From assembly GCA_039096225.1 (NCBI GenBank), contig JBBPEB010000014.1:186001-250000 (forward strand): a DNA stretch of 64,000 bases. The letters run 5' to 3'. The DNA comes from Blastocystis sp. Blastoise. Its lineage: Eukaryota; Protista; Bigyra: Opalinata. Both the position numbers and the translations under genes were made by a program. The notes beneath the pieces were generated by a model. The model was not told where the DNA came from, did not search any database, and saw only the letters and a program-made list of their open reading frames with translations. Shown piece after piece: positions 31,231 to 45,087 of the stretch (the stretch's first letter is position 1; each line of letters begins with the position of its first letter).

Positions 31231-33376
31231 ATGTTATTATTCTTTAATAAACTATAACAATTCTTTAATAATAAATCATTTATCGATTAATATATATTTA
31301 TATATAAAACAATAAGAATATTATTCATAATAGTATAATAAGAATCCTATGTTTAGAATACTATTCCAAGTTTAATGAATCGTATTCGTGATGAGAGTAT
31401 AGAAGTGAGGGTTTCATTGCTTTTAAATATCACAAATCATTCGTTAATCCGTCAATTCTCTATTAAACAACGTCGTTCGATTCTTCTTTGTTGCTATAAA
31501 GATAGATCGAATGAAGTTCAAAAAGCGTGTAAAAACATGGTTATTTATAATTGGCTTAAGAATGATGATATATTCACTCTATTGGAATTACTTGACTGTG
31601 AAACAGATACTGAACCTGTATATTATTCATAATATTCACATGCTATTCTTATCTATATTATTTATATATATATACTATTAGTATTCTTTCTCTATCTCCT
31701 TCTTATCCTCTATTTAGGGATTAATTGTTCTATCTATTCTCTTTGAGACGAGTATCGATATAGGGACAGAACCCTATATAAAGGCAAATGCAAACATATC
31801 TCCAGATATCAAGAAACTTAATTTCTATGAAAGTCTATATCTCCGCGGGAAAATGATGTTTTATAATACGAAGAATATGGATAAAGAGATGGAGGAGCTT
31901 ATTCCAGATATACCTGAGTATTTATTATTATTGCGATTATATGAGTCTATGGACTATATACGAACTCAATTATTTGAAGTGTTAGCACTACTAGATCTTC
32001 GTGATGAAGTATATATATATTATGTTTTCAATGTATTATATATATATTATTTATAATAACAGGATGAATATATATATTATTTATAATAATAGAATGAATA
32101 TATATATTATTTATAATAATAGGATGAATATATATATTATTTATAATAATAGAATGAATATATATGATATATTTAATATCCTATATTATTACATATTATA
32201 TTATAATATTATATATACTAACCTAGATATGCAGAAGATCTGTGATTCAGTTTGTTCGTCAATATATAGAGAGAAAACAAGGGAAAGAAGTTGATGTTGA
32301 TGTCCTTCTCTCTTTATATAAGAAACTTGTTCTGCCTGAAAATGTCTTCATCACGTATATATATAGAAACGATACATATTCTAGTTTATATATATATATA
32401 TAGTGAAGTAACAGAAATGATATCAACTATAGCAGAAGAAGTAACGAGAGAAGATATTGATGTAACTGTATATATGCTATATTAATAATATATTTATATA
32501 TAGTATATATGTATATATTTTTTTATAGACATCTTTAGATATTCAAGTATATATATTAACTGTAATAAAATGTTTATGCAAGAAATGTTCTCCAAAATAC
32601 TTTTACTCACAAGAACTTCTAGGTATATATATATATAACATTATTGATCATTCTATATTATATATTTCTCTTGAATATATTACTCCATATATAGGTTTAT
32701 TAACTCATTATATATTACCTTGTGTCGTGTCTGAAGAAACAATTCTTCGAATGGAATCAATTCATTCTCTTTCTCTATTCTGTATTATGAACAAAGTATA
32801 TTTTTATTTTATTATATTATTCATGTATTATATTATATATTATTATATTATATATGTATTATATTATATATTATTATATTATATATGTATTATATTATAT
32901 ATTATTACATTATATTTGTATTATATTATATATTATATATATATAGACTATAGGTTTACAGCATTCTTCGTTGATCATGTGTATTGCCCTCCAAGATGAT
33001 GAAAGCCCGCTAGTTCAGGCCCTCGCTTTACAGGCTCTCACAGATTTACTACTTATTCACGGGGAACAGATTCAACAAGGAGAAGATGGAGTAGGGATTG
33101 AAGAAGTATATATATATATAATTTGTATGAATATAATAGAAATATTATTCTAGGTTGTTCAATGCTTAGTTACATATCTTGATGTTCCAGATCCTCATCT
33201 CCGTACAATCGCAGTCACGTGCTTCACAAAACTGTTCATGTGCAAACGTATCACTAACGATGATATCTTATCAAGATTATTTTTATTGTATATATTTAAT
33301 AATAATAAACATAATAATAAACATAATAAACATAATAATAATAATAAACATAATAATAATAATAAACATAATAAAC

Positions 33377-33410
<34 letters not shown>

Positions 33411-34257
33411 TAGGTTATATAATCCAGTATCTCAAGAAGATACTCTACTTATTCAAACTCTCTCTTCTTTCTTCCCTACCTATATTTGTAATAACAAGGA
33501 TATTCTTAAGAATGTTGTGCATGCGTCAGAACTGGCTCTTAAAGTCATCTGCCAATCACCTGAAGATTCACCTTTATTTCAAGTCAATTTATATACTTTT
33601 GGAAAATATATACTGTAAATATAAATGATATTTATTATATTTATTGATATACCATTATATATATATTTAGCTATTTATTAACGTCGATCTTACCTCCTTC
33701 TGAGCCTGAAAATGATACTCCTACTGTCACTACTGCTTCTAGTCAATCAGAAGATAAACCTATTGATGACGCATCCACTCCAAAAGCAGTCAATCAAAAT
33801 GCAAATACCAGTTATTCTTATCATATAATTGATTTTATGCGAACTGCGTCCTCTCTATGTTTTGATTGTAATGGTATATATAGATCTATTATTTTGAATA
33901 TTATTATGATTACGTTTTTATTTGCTATGCATATAATATATATATAAAATATGATTGTATTATGTTTTCAAATTCAATTTTTTTTTTAAATATTAATCTA
34001 TTTACGAATATTTTTTATAAACTATTTTATGAAACATTCTAATTCATATATATATATATATAGTTCAGAGACTCAAAGAACTCGTTAAGCTTATAGTAAC
34101 TCCCTCTTTAGATCATTTCGATGAAACACAATTAGAACTCTATAATAATATTATCATAGATATCTACAATGGTATTCAAAGTGTTCCAAACAAGAAAATC
34201 TTGAGTCTTCGAAATAAATTGATACTTGAAATAAACAAAGACCTTGAGTCTATATAA
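30482..34257 (+). CDS. NCAPG: Condensin I subunit CAP-G (Ycg1/Cnd3)
   Basis: IPQIFDICQKNSNKH, AKNKDIRYRCCRLI, DDDLWDKL...RLYDKVTSVRQASV...LQDP, DTSKDVRK, RIRDESIEVR and ALQALTDLLLIHG. Confidence 0.9.
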
Positions 34258-34896
34258 TATTTCTTTTCATTTTTTCCCTTTTCAATTTTCTTCAAGTATA
34301 TGTTTGCTATACATGTAAATTAGCATTTCAGTTTCTTTTATTATCAAACGATTCATTTTATAAAAACAAGATTCGTAAATACCTCATTGTCATCATTTTT
34401 ACAAATTCATGTGTACATAATGACTCAAATAAAAACTCAATCACAAATGGAACAATAATGACATATTAGAATATCTAATATTAAATCTGTACTCAATAAA
34501 AAAGAATTATTCAAACTATTATTCATAAATTACATTACTACGTTATATTTTTATCATGAATAAACATTGAATCATTTTTAATAATAGAAAAACATATTTA
34601 TTATTAATAATAACTGAATACAGTATATATTTCTCCAGTTGAGAATTTTCAAATCATTCTTTGTTAAGCAATTATAGACTCACATCCATTTCTATTGATG
34701 AACAACATGCTATTAATTTTGTTTTACTTTTCTAGAATACATATAAAAGCAAGTGAATTAAAAAATATATTTTCATGAAAAATAATCAAGTTCTACCCAT
34801 GAGTTCTAGAATAACCGAATATTTTGTTTTGTGAATAAAAAACAATATATATTTTTTTTCAACAATTTTATTATATTTACTGGAAATAATACTATA

Positions 34897-36448
34897 ATGT
34901 GTGAATCCAACGAAATATCAAATGAACCACATGGTAATTTTTTTCTTTTCATATAATCATTCTGTTACTCATTATTTCTTTTCTATAGTAGATCCTCAAG
35001 ACTCTGTCGAACATGTTGAGAACATGGTTTTTGGTGATTATACTTATTGTGGAGAAATGAAGAATGGTAAAAAAGATGGTAAAGGTAAATTAGTGTTTTC
35101 TGGAAAACATATTGAAGATGGAGATTTCTCAAAGAAAGAATTATATGTTTCCTTTGAATCTGAGTATAATTCATTATATCCTAATGGAAAAATATGTGGT
35201 CAAGGTCCTTATTACTTTGCTGGATGTGAAAGTTACGAAGGTTCTTTCAAAGAAGATCAATTATGTGGTCAAGGTGTTATGATTTGGGATGAGAATACTC
35301 AATTAAAGGGTATTTGGAAGAATAACAATGAAGTTACTGCTACGTTATTTACAAAGAATGGTATTATTTATAAAGGTGATTTAGTGAATTATTTGATGAG
35401 TGGTAAAGGAACTCTTATTTATTCAAAAGGAACAAGTTATGAAGGTGAATTCTTAAATAATCAGCGTCATGGTCATGGAATATATTTATTTGCAGATAAA
35501 AGTAAATATGATGGTGAATTTGTGAATGGTAAGCGTCAAGGAAAAGGTACTTTTTATTACCCTGATGGTCGTGTATATAAAGGTACTTTCGAAAATGATC
35601 GTAAAGAAGAATATGGTTTTTATAGTTTTCCTGATCATTCTAGTTATGAAGGTTCTTATAAGAATGGTAAACGTGAAGGAAAAGGATTGATGAAATATGG
35701 TGATGGTGATGAATATGAAGGTCGTTTTAAGAATAATGAAATGGATGGTGAAGGTATATATAGATATAAGAATGGTATGCGATATGAAGGTCGATTCTTT
35801 GAAGGTGAACAAGATGGATATGGTAAACATTATGATAATCAAGGGAAATTACAATATGATGGTGAATGGAAGAAAGGAATGCGTCATGGACATGGTATTA
35901 TGTATATGGAAAATGGTAATATATATACAGGTGATTTTATTAAAGATATGATGACAGGTAAAGGAGAATTAAAATGTTCAAATGGTGATTATTATAAAGG
36001 TGATTGGAAAAATGGAATGAAAGAAGGAAATGGCTTTTATATATTTAATAATAAATGTTTATATGAAGGTAAATGGAAGAATGATTTAATGAATGGAGAA
36101 GGTACTTATCGTTTTAATGATGATGATGAATATCATGGTACATTTAAAAAAGGAATTGTTGAAGGATATGGTGAATATACATTTAAGAATGGAGATATAT
36201 ATAAAGGAAATTGGAAGAATAATAAGAAAGAAGGTGAAGGAAAGATATATTATAAAGATGGTGTTATTTTTGAAGGTATTTGGAAAGATGGTATTCGTGA
36301 AAAGAAAGGAATATTATTATATCCAGATGGAGGTAAATATGAAGGAGAAACGAATGGAGAAATACGTGAAGGAAAAGGTACATTTACTCATATGAATAAA
36401 AAGACTATTCTAGAGGGTTTATGGAAAGATAATGAATGGATGGAATAA
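34897..36448 (+). CDS. MORN-repeat protein
   Basis: Many YEGEFxNGKRxGxG repeats. Exon 1 starts at ATG 34897 (MCESNE...). A phase-1 intron runs from 34934 to 34988 or 34991 (TAGTAG acceptor). Confidence 0.9.
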
Positions 36449-36517
36449 AGTCTGTTATTTATTTTATTAGAATTCATTTATTTTATTTTTTTTTTCTAAA
36501 ACTATTTTCTTTTTTGT

Positions 36518-36525
36518 TGTTTGTT
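36518..36525 (+). promoter_or_regulatory. TGTTTGTT element, putative downstream polyadenylation signal
   Basis: Lies about 70 nt after the MORN-gene stop. Confidence 0.35.
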
Positions 36526-36779
36526 AACAATAAATATTTATATATATCTTATTAGATACTTTCTGTGTATGAGTGTTCATTTTATTGTTATTTTGTTTTG
36601 TTAAAATTGTTATTTATGTTTATCTGCTTAATTTTATTATAGAAACTTATAATCATATATCAGGATTTAGAAAAAAACAATGTTTATAAGAAATCAAAAA
36701 AAATATATGAAAACATTATTATTTTGGGGAAATCAAGTAACATAAGAAACATGAAAAGATCACTGAAAACATACACAAA

Positions 36780-39700
36780 TTAATTAAGACTTCCTCTACA
36801 TTTTGCTGATCCACAATTACATGGTATTTTAACGTCTTCAAATGGAAATTTATAATCATAAGTCAATTCTTCACCTTTTTCAATATCTCTTTTTGCTATC
36901 AATATTATCTTTTTATCTAAAGAAATCATATAAAATATTATGTGAGTATATATATATATATTATAGAATAGGTGATACTTTTTCCTTCTTTATTGATAGT
37001 TGTATAGCAATTAGGATCACAAGAATGATTAATATATCTAGTGATAGCACCAGTAAAAGTAGCATCTACGATATATTTATCATCCACACGGAACATGTAG
37101 TATTATGAAGGAATATATTTATATATAGGGATAATTATATATTTATAGAAAGAGAATTGACTATAGAACCTAATATATTGATGAATTATTGATAATAGAG
37201 ATTGAATGATAGGAATAATAGGATAAAAGGATATATAATCAGATTCATGATGATTATTCTCATATATTTGTTGACGAATATCCTGTAGAACTAATCTACA
37301 TAATTCACCTTTATATTCACAGACAAAATCTCCTTTTTTTATTCTTTGGTTTGTGAAGACACCCCAACTGTGTATATTACTCTTATCAAATCGAAGACGT
37401 TTAGCTTGAAAAGATATAGATCTATATATATATAAAGTTTTTAGAAAAAATAAATAAAATCTGAGAAAATATTTATTTATATATTAATAGAACAATATAA
37501 TGTTAAATAAATAAATAATATTGTATCTAAAATAATATAGAATAATAATGAAATACCGTTTATGTTTAGCTAAAGAAGCTAAATAATGTTCATTTGTGTA
37601 CGCGTCACAATTGGATACTTGTACGGGTAACAAATAACGAGGTGTTATAGAAGGAAGATGAGGATATAACTAAAAAGGAACAGAAGTAGGAACAAGGTTT
37701 TTATAGTAATATATATATATGTATATACTCGTTTCTTCTGTATAGGTTTATTCTTTGTATTTTCTTTTATCTATATACATATATATATATATTATTCAAT
37801 AATAATGAAACATAATATATATATTTAAAATAATAATAAAAATACTTTTTCTTGGAATAAGTCAATAGGGTTATTATTAAGTATATCAATGTATTTATGT
37901 GAATCATAAGTTATTGAAGAGATTAACTCTTTATTAGACATACAAAAATATATATAGAATCGAAACATAACGAATAATTTCTCAGGTTTTGATAGAGGAA
38001 TATATAATTGTGGGAATAACTTAGAAATAGAGAGATAAAGTGATATAATTATGGAATATTGAGATGGAATAGATGTCATTGTAGACGTTGAAGAGTTTGA
38101 ATCTTTATATTCATATTGAATATCTTGTTTAGAATTTATATTATATATATATGTAGAAGGTCTTACTGGATTCAAAGGATCTTCTTCTTGAGATATAGAG
38201 TTTGATATGGCTTTTGAAATACATATAGAACAAGAAGAAGAATCTTTTGATGTATCTATAGTTGAAGGAGGAGTAGAAGGAGGAGAAGCTGATTGATTCT
38301 TTATAGAAGAAGCAGAAGAAGAAGAAGCATGCTTTAAATGCTTATTTGTAGCTACTTTTATTTTCTTTAGTGTTTTCGGTATTATTTCTTCAGTAGGAAT
38401 TCTTCTTTGAATGATTGGCATATTATAAGAATACTCTTGAAGGAAGATAAAACTACAGATGTCACATCTATATAAAATGAAATCATATAAATATATAATT
38501 GAAAGAATCGAATATTATATATAATATGTTTATGTATAATATATATATATATATGACATACCTGCATTTATATAGGCATACATCACATTTATCTTTATGT
38601 ATATATAATTCTATATATATATATATTATATATATATTATATATATATGACATACTTGCACAATCATTACAGAAAAATGTATTACAATTACATACAGAAA
38701 TATCTTTATTTGTTTTATATAATCGACATCTATATATAAATATATATAATAATATATATATAAATCATACTTATGACATATAGCTCCTTCTTGAGATTGT
38801 GCGGATAACGAAAATGCAGAAATAGAAATCGAAGGAATCAAGAAAGCATGTGCATATCGGTTGTAATTATATTCATAATGATCTATATATATACAATAAT
38901 AATTATAAATAAAATACTAATAAATACTAATGAATAATAAAAAATTATTAAAAAATAATAAATATAGAAATAGCAAATAGTAATATATATAGCATGATAT
39001 AAAGCAACTCTATAAATATACATGAGAATTTTTGAGTTTCATTAATAGGTATGGCGCCAAGAATATACCGCGGATTGGAGATAGTAATAGTTTTCACATA
39101 ATTATGACCCTGTGTATCCATATAATAAATATCACCATAAAGTGATAAATCCCCGTCGGAATCCCCATATAATTCAGAGAGTGTATCTTTGCAATATAAT
39201 GGAACCACTTTATATACTGTTTTCTTATTATATACAATAATATCATTAATATATCCTATTTTATATTGACAAATACAACAGTTATCTGGACTATATGCAG
39301 GTATATAGATATTATTATATTGATATAATTCTTCATCGATATCTTGATTCAAATCGTAATCTAAATATTTATCAATATTCTGCTTTAAAGGAGTATGAAC
39401 GGTAGAAAGATGATTCGTACGTTTAACAGGAGAGGGAGTTTGACAGGGAGATAATGATTTTGGCATATGATTCTGAATTTTAACATCTATTAAGAAATAT
39501 ATATATATATAATGATAAATAAAAAGAAAATTATATAATTCTAATATATAATTGTGTATTTACCTTGAATATACGATTGATTAATATCTTCTGTTATTTT
39601 CTTCATATCTATATTAATATAAATAATACCCATTCCTTTCTTCAAGGGAAACTTTTGAACATCATAAATCTCTGTTATATGATTATATATACCACAATTA

Positions 39701-40093
39701 TTATGATACTATACAAAAATAAATTATTGTGGAATTTCTTGAATTATATATAAACAAGTGATGAATAAATATACATCAGAAGCAAAGAAACAATCCAGAC
39801 CACGAGCATCTAATGGCTTCTGTTCAACTATATACATTGAAATTCAACTTTATGAGCTCTATCTATATCTACAATAATAAAAATATACGTATCGGCTCAT
39901 TTGTATTGACATATCGGTATTGTGAAAGGTGTTTTAAACACATTGGATATCCAGCAGCTGCCTGCATGCAATATCTATGTTCATCATCATATTTCTGTAT
40001 GTTTTCAATAACTTCTACCCTTTTCTGCTCATAAAAAGGGTTTTTAATCTCCTTATAAATCAAATTGTTTTTATTACTCTCACCTGAATTCAT
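36780..40093 (-). CDS. SET1/Trx-family histone H3K4 methyltransferase-like protein with upstream Cys-rich regions
   Basis: [16 protein letters not shown]...EYKGE...DY-MFRVD...DAT...[11 protein letters not shown]...[31 protein letters not shown] is SET plus post-SET. The 5' end is uncertain. Confidence 0.85.
37097..37234 (-). other. U12-type AT-AC intron (138 nt) inside the SET domain
   Basis: 5' ATATCCTTT, branch-like TTCCTTCAT, 3' ...AATACTAC. Removal restores ESDY|[13 protein letters not shown]. Read-through hits a TAA. Confidence 0.92.
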
Positions 40094-41101
40094 TCTTTGA
40101 TCAACTCTTGTATGTAAAGCTATAGCGTTATCAAAATGAATGAATAGAAATTGAGGGATAATAAAAAAAACAGGTCGAAATATCCCACAAAAAAGTATTA
40201 ATTTTCCCGTGATTAAATAATGAAAAAACAGCGATTTTTTACTTTTTCATATAATTTTGTTTTTTATTCTGTTATTTATTTGTAGCAGCATAACATATTT
40301 ATCATTGTTGAATAATTGATAAAGATATATTTAGTCATGTTTAAGATTCTTATCATTTAGAATTTAGTTATAAGGTATAATGAAATGAAATCTTATGAAT
40401 AAGTTTAATTAATGTACGTTAAAGAACTGGAATGCTATATCTATGTGTTCGTCTATTGGATTCTAATTATGAAGTATTTTAAAAAGACAGTTTTTTTCTA
40501 AAAAAATTGATCTTTTTTATTTTTTTTTATTATGTGTACTGTGTATATATACAGCTATATAGTATTTTTACCAAAAAAAACTATGTGATTACCTTAATTA
40601 TTCTGAAAAGAAAAAATAATGTTTTCAATATGTAATTGAAAATGATTGTATTTTTTAATCAATTCAATCAAATACTTGCATTTTTGATAGATACTTCTTT
40701 CATTGGATATTTTTATATGATTCTGTTTCAACGAGCTATATAATTATCATTATTTTTTTTAAATTAAATTTTTAATAATTAAATCCATGTTAAGTCCTTT
40801 CTCTTAATGTTTTTGATAGATTAATAATTGTTGCAATATGAATATTATAAAATAATTTGATTATTTTTCATTTTTATAACAATTTGCTTGATAATCGTAT
40901 ATAACTTGACTCTATTTATATGTACGGCACATATCTACATAACTTATTGTTATTTTATTTTTAAATAGCATATTTAAAATGTTTTTTACTATAAATAAAT
41001 TATAAGTTTTACTGAAGCAAAACAAGAAGATACTAAAACGTTTTAAGATACAATAAAAAGAAATGAACTAGAAAAGGATATAAATGAATAGAAATCAATG
41101 T

Positions 41102-42028
41102 TTAGAAGGTAGCACTAATTTTCTCTAAGACCTCCTCATTAACATCGTTCATCTTAGTGAAAGTATATAAAGGTTCAACGTCCATAGCTCTCTTAGTAGC
41201 TAACACAGCATTATCGTTACGAGCCCAAGCACGTCTACTAATACCATTTTGAACATCCCAGAATAACATACGTTGAGCACGAATCTATAGGAATAGAATA
41301 ATAAGTATATGATGATAATAATATAGAATAATAATATATAAATATATAAATAAATATATATATATATATACATCAGCAGCTCTGGATCCATCAAGAAGGA
41401 AGCCAAAACCTCCGTTGATGACTTCACCCCAACCGACACCACCACCGTTGTGAATAGATACCCAAGTGGCACCACGAGCAGCGTCACCAATGACGTTCTG
41501 AATAGCCATATCAGCACAGTAAGCAGAACCATCAGTAATATTAGAAGTTTCTCTGTAAGGTGAATCAGTACCAGAGACATCATGATGATCTCTACCTAGG
41601 ACAATAGGGGCAGAAATAATTCCCTTGGCAACAGCGTTATTGAAGGCACGAGCAATCTTCATACGACCTTCACCATCAGCATATAAAATACGAGCTTCAG
41701 AACCAACAACCTAGAAGTGAGTTATAGTTATATCAAGAGAATATATAATATATATAATAATAATAATATATATAATATATAATAATATATAATAATATAT
41801 AATAATAATAAATAATATATATAATAATATATATAATAAATAATAATATAATATAATAGATAATAATATATATACCATTTTATTTTCATCAGCATGACGA
41901 ATCCAATGTAAGTTATCACGGAGTTGAGCTTGAATAACTTCAGGAGGGTTTTCAGCTAAGAGTTCTTCAAATATATCTCCAGCAATCTTATCACTCATCA
42001 CTAAATCTTCATGCTTACCACTAGTACA

Positions 42029-42064
<36 letters not shown>

Positions 42065-44209
42065 ATTATTATTATTAGAAATTAAAATAAATCAATATTA
42101 TTATTAAATATATAATAAAAAATAACAATATCCCATCTGAAAGGACCAAATCCTAAGGAGAAGATATCACCCATAATATCTTGAACATAAGAAGGATATT
42201 TGAAGCCACCAACACCATAGTTCTTTTCACCCTCTTTAGCAAGAATATCAGCACCAGCTCTAGAAGATTCAAGTAAGAAAGAATTACCATAATCCCAGAA
42301 TCTCATACCACGAGCAGTTAATTTATTAATAGCAATAACTTGACGTCTTAAAGATTCCCAAACCTTTTGTTTGAATAATTCAGGGTTTTCTCTCATCATG
42401 ATTCTAGATTCTTCTTCAGTCATACCAGCAGGGTAATAACCACCCATATAAGGATTATGAAGAGAAGTTTGATCTGAACCTAAATCAACTAATAATTCTT
42501 CTTCTTCAGCAAATCTTTCCCAGACATCAACGATATTACCTAAGAAACCATAAGCAACAACAGAACCTTCTAGAATAGGAATAAAATAAATAGTTATTGT
42601 ATAAAGATAAAAATAAAAATAAGCATCAAATAAAATAAAAATAATAAGTAAAATAATTATAATAATACATATTATATTACATACCTTTTCTGGCCTTCTT
42701 AACACGGTCAATAAGAGTATCTAAATCATAAATACGTTCACTGATCCATCCTTGGTTGAAACGCTTATCAAGAGCAGCTTGATCAACTTATATATTATTA
42801 TTATAATTATTATAGATATATATATATATACTTCAGCAATAACACCAATACAACCAGCAATAAGAGCAGCTTTACCTTATATGAATAATAATAATAATAT
42901 ATTATTATTATATATATATATCCTTGAGCACCAGACATACCACCAAGACCAGAAGAAATATAAACCTTTCCTTTCATATCATTAACACCTAAGTATTTAC
43001 GACCAGCATTAAGAACAGTAATAGTAGTACCATGGACAATACCTTGAGGACCAATATAACAATAAGAACCAGCAGTCATTTGACCATAAATATGTATATA
43101 ATAATATAGATATAATAATATATATATAAATATATAATAATAAGAGTATATTAAAAATAATAATATATATAAATAGTAACACCTTGAGCGTACATCTTTT
43201 CATACATATCCTTAGAGGAATAATTAGGAATAACCATACCTATAAATATATATATATATACAATAGCTTTATAGAATAACATTAATATATATATATATAT
43301 ACCATTGGTAATAACAAGTCTAGGAGCATCTCTATGAGAGGGGAATAAACCCATTGGATGACCAGAATACATAGATAAAGTTTGTTCATCAGTCATTTCA
43401 CTTAAATATTTCATAAGTAAGTGATATTGAGCCCAATTGGAAAGAACAGAACCGTTACCACCATAAGTAACTAATTCATGAGGGAATTGAGCAACTCTCT
43501 TATCAAGGTTATTCATAATCATAAGTTGAATAGCAGCAGCTTGTTGACACTTAGCAGGATAACATTCAATAGGATAAGCCTTCATTTCATATTGAGTAGG
43601 ACGGAATCTGTACATGTAAAACAATTATTTTCAATAATATATAAATATCAAATAATAATGAACAGAGATCAAAAAAATATTAATGAACAAAGATAAAGAT
43701 AATAATAATGAACAGAAACAAAAAAAAATATTAATGAACAAAGATCAAAAAAAATATTAATGAACAAAGATAAAAAAAAAATATTAATGAACAAAGATCA
43801 AAAAAAATATTAATGAACAAAGATAAAAAAAAATAATATTAATGAACAGAGATAAAAAAAAATGATTAATGAACAATTACATACCTGTACATGTAAATAT
43901 GGCCATAAGTCTTTAATTCTTCAGCAAATTCAAGACCAAGTTGTTCATGGAATTCAGCAGGGAAGTATCTTAAAGCATTCTTAACAGCTAAAGCAAACTC
44001 TTCTTTGTTCAACATAACAGGTCTCTTAGGAGCATGAGGAACAGAGGGATCAAGAGGCTTTGTATGCTAATTAAAGAAAATAAAAAAGATAGGAGAGATA
44101 ATGACCAAATGATCGACGAAAGAAGAAAATAACAGATATAAAAAGGATATAATTCAGGCATAGGATTGAGGGGAATACCTCTAGCGAGACTGGATAAATC
44201 TACTTGCAT
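41102..44209 (-). CDS. UROC1: Urocanate hydratase (long eukaryote-type form)
   Basis: [81 protein letters not shown] and HNGGGVGWG. Confidence 0.95.
43655..43876 (+). repeat. About 30-bp imperfect intronic tandem repeat (ATTAATGAACAAAGATAAAAAAAAAT)
   Basis: About 7-8 units in urocanase intron 2. Confidence 0.8.
44062..44150 (-). other. U12-type AT-AC intron (89 nt), first intron of urocanase
   Basis: 5' ATATCCTTT, branch-like TTCTTTAAT, 3' ...TAGCATAC. Removal restores MPEL|[14 protein letters not shown]. Confidence 0.92.
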
Positions 44210-44799
44210 TTTTAGAATAATATAGCTATTAATAGGAACTACACAATAATAAAGAAAACGAAAACCAGAAAAGCTCTAAAAAAGAGAAACCATTTCATTC
44301 CTCAGAGAAAAATGTACAGGTATCACACTCAATAAGAAATAACTATGAAATTTATATAAAAAGAAAAAAGACTATTCGTTTCTCTCCTTTTCTGCCGAAT
44401 TGTTCTCCATCATTTTTTGTTTGTGTGTAACGTTTTATTTTTATATGTTTTCTCCATTGTTTCTAAAGTAAATCTCTTTTAATTTGCTTATTTGCCTATT
44501 GCATAACCTAAGATATTGAAAGAATCATAAATTTAGCCTCTTGAAACTGTTAATGATGTCTCAGATTGTTCCACTATACCTTATTTATGTATTGAATGAT
44601 TATATTGAATGATAGTAGTTTTTTTATATTCTACAAGATTTAACAAATAATTGTTTATTTATCTAATTAACTCCATTTGAAGTTATTTTTATCATATCTT
44701 CCTTCAAATTGATCAATATATAATTTATTTTTATAAGAAAATAGGTGTATACATATTAAATCATGAATAAAGCAATATAAAGAATATTTTATATTTTAA

Positions 44800-45016
44800 T
44801 TATATCGTAAGTCCATATTTCTTTAAAATCTGTATATATTTTTGTCTAGAGTATTTCCAATAGATATGTGGTTGATATATATGTTGTAGATCATAATCGT
44901 TAGGAATAAGAAGCTCAGAATCATTGTGTGTTGTAAATAGTTGAATAGGTTTCTGGATTTCTGACGTTGTTTCATATAATAATAAATGAGAGATATTTGA
45001 AAGATCCTCTATGGAT

Positions 45017-45087
<71 letters not shown>

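Noticed and set aside
41102-44209. Urocanase as a pseudogene because of broken splice sites
   Set aside because: The coding exons are intact with strong codon bias, and the defects are confined to splice dinucleotides in a patterned way.
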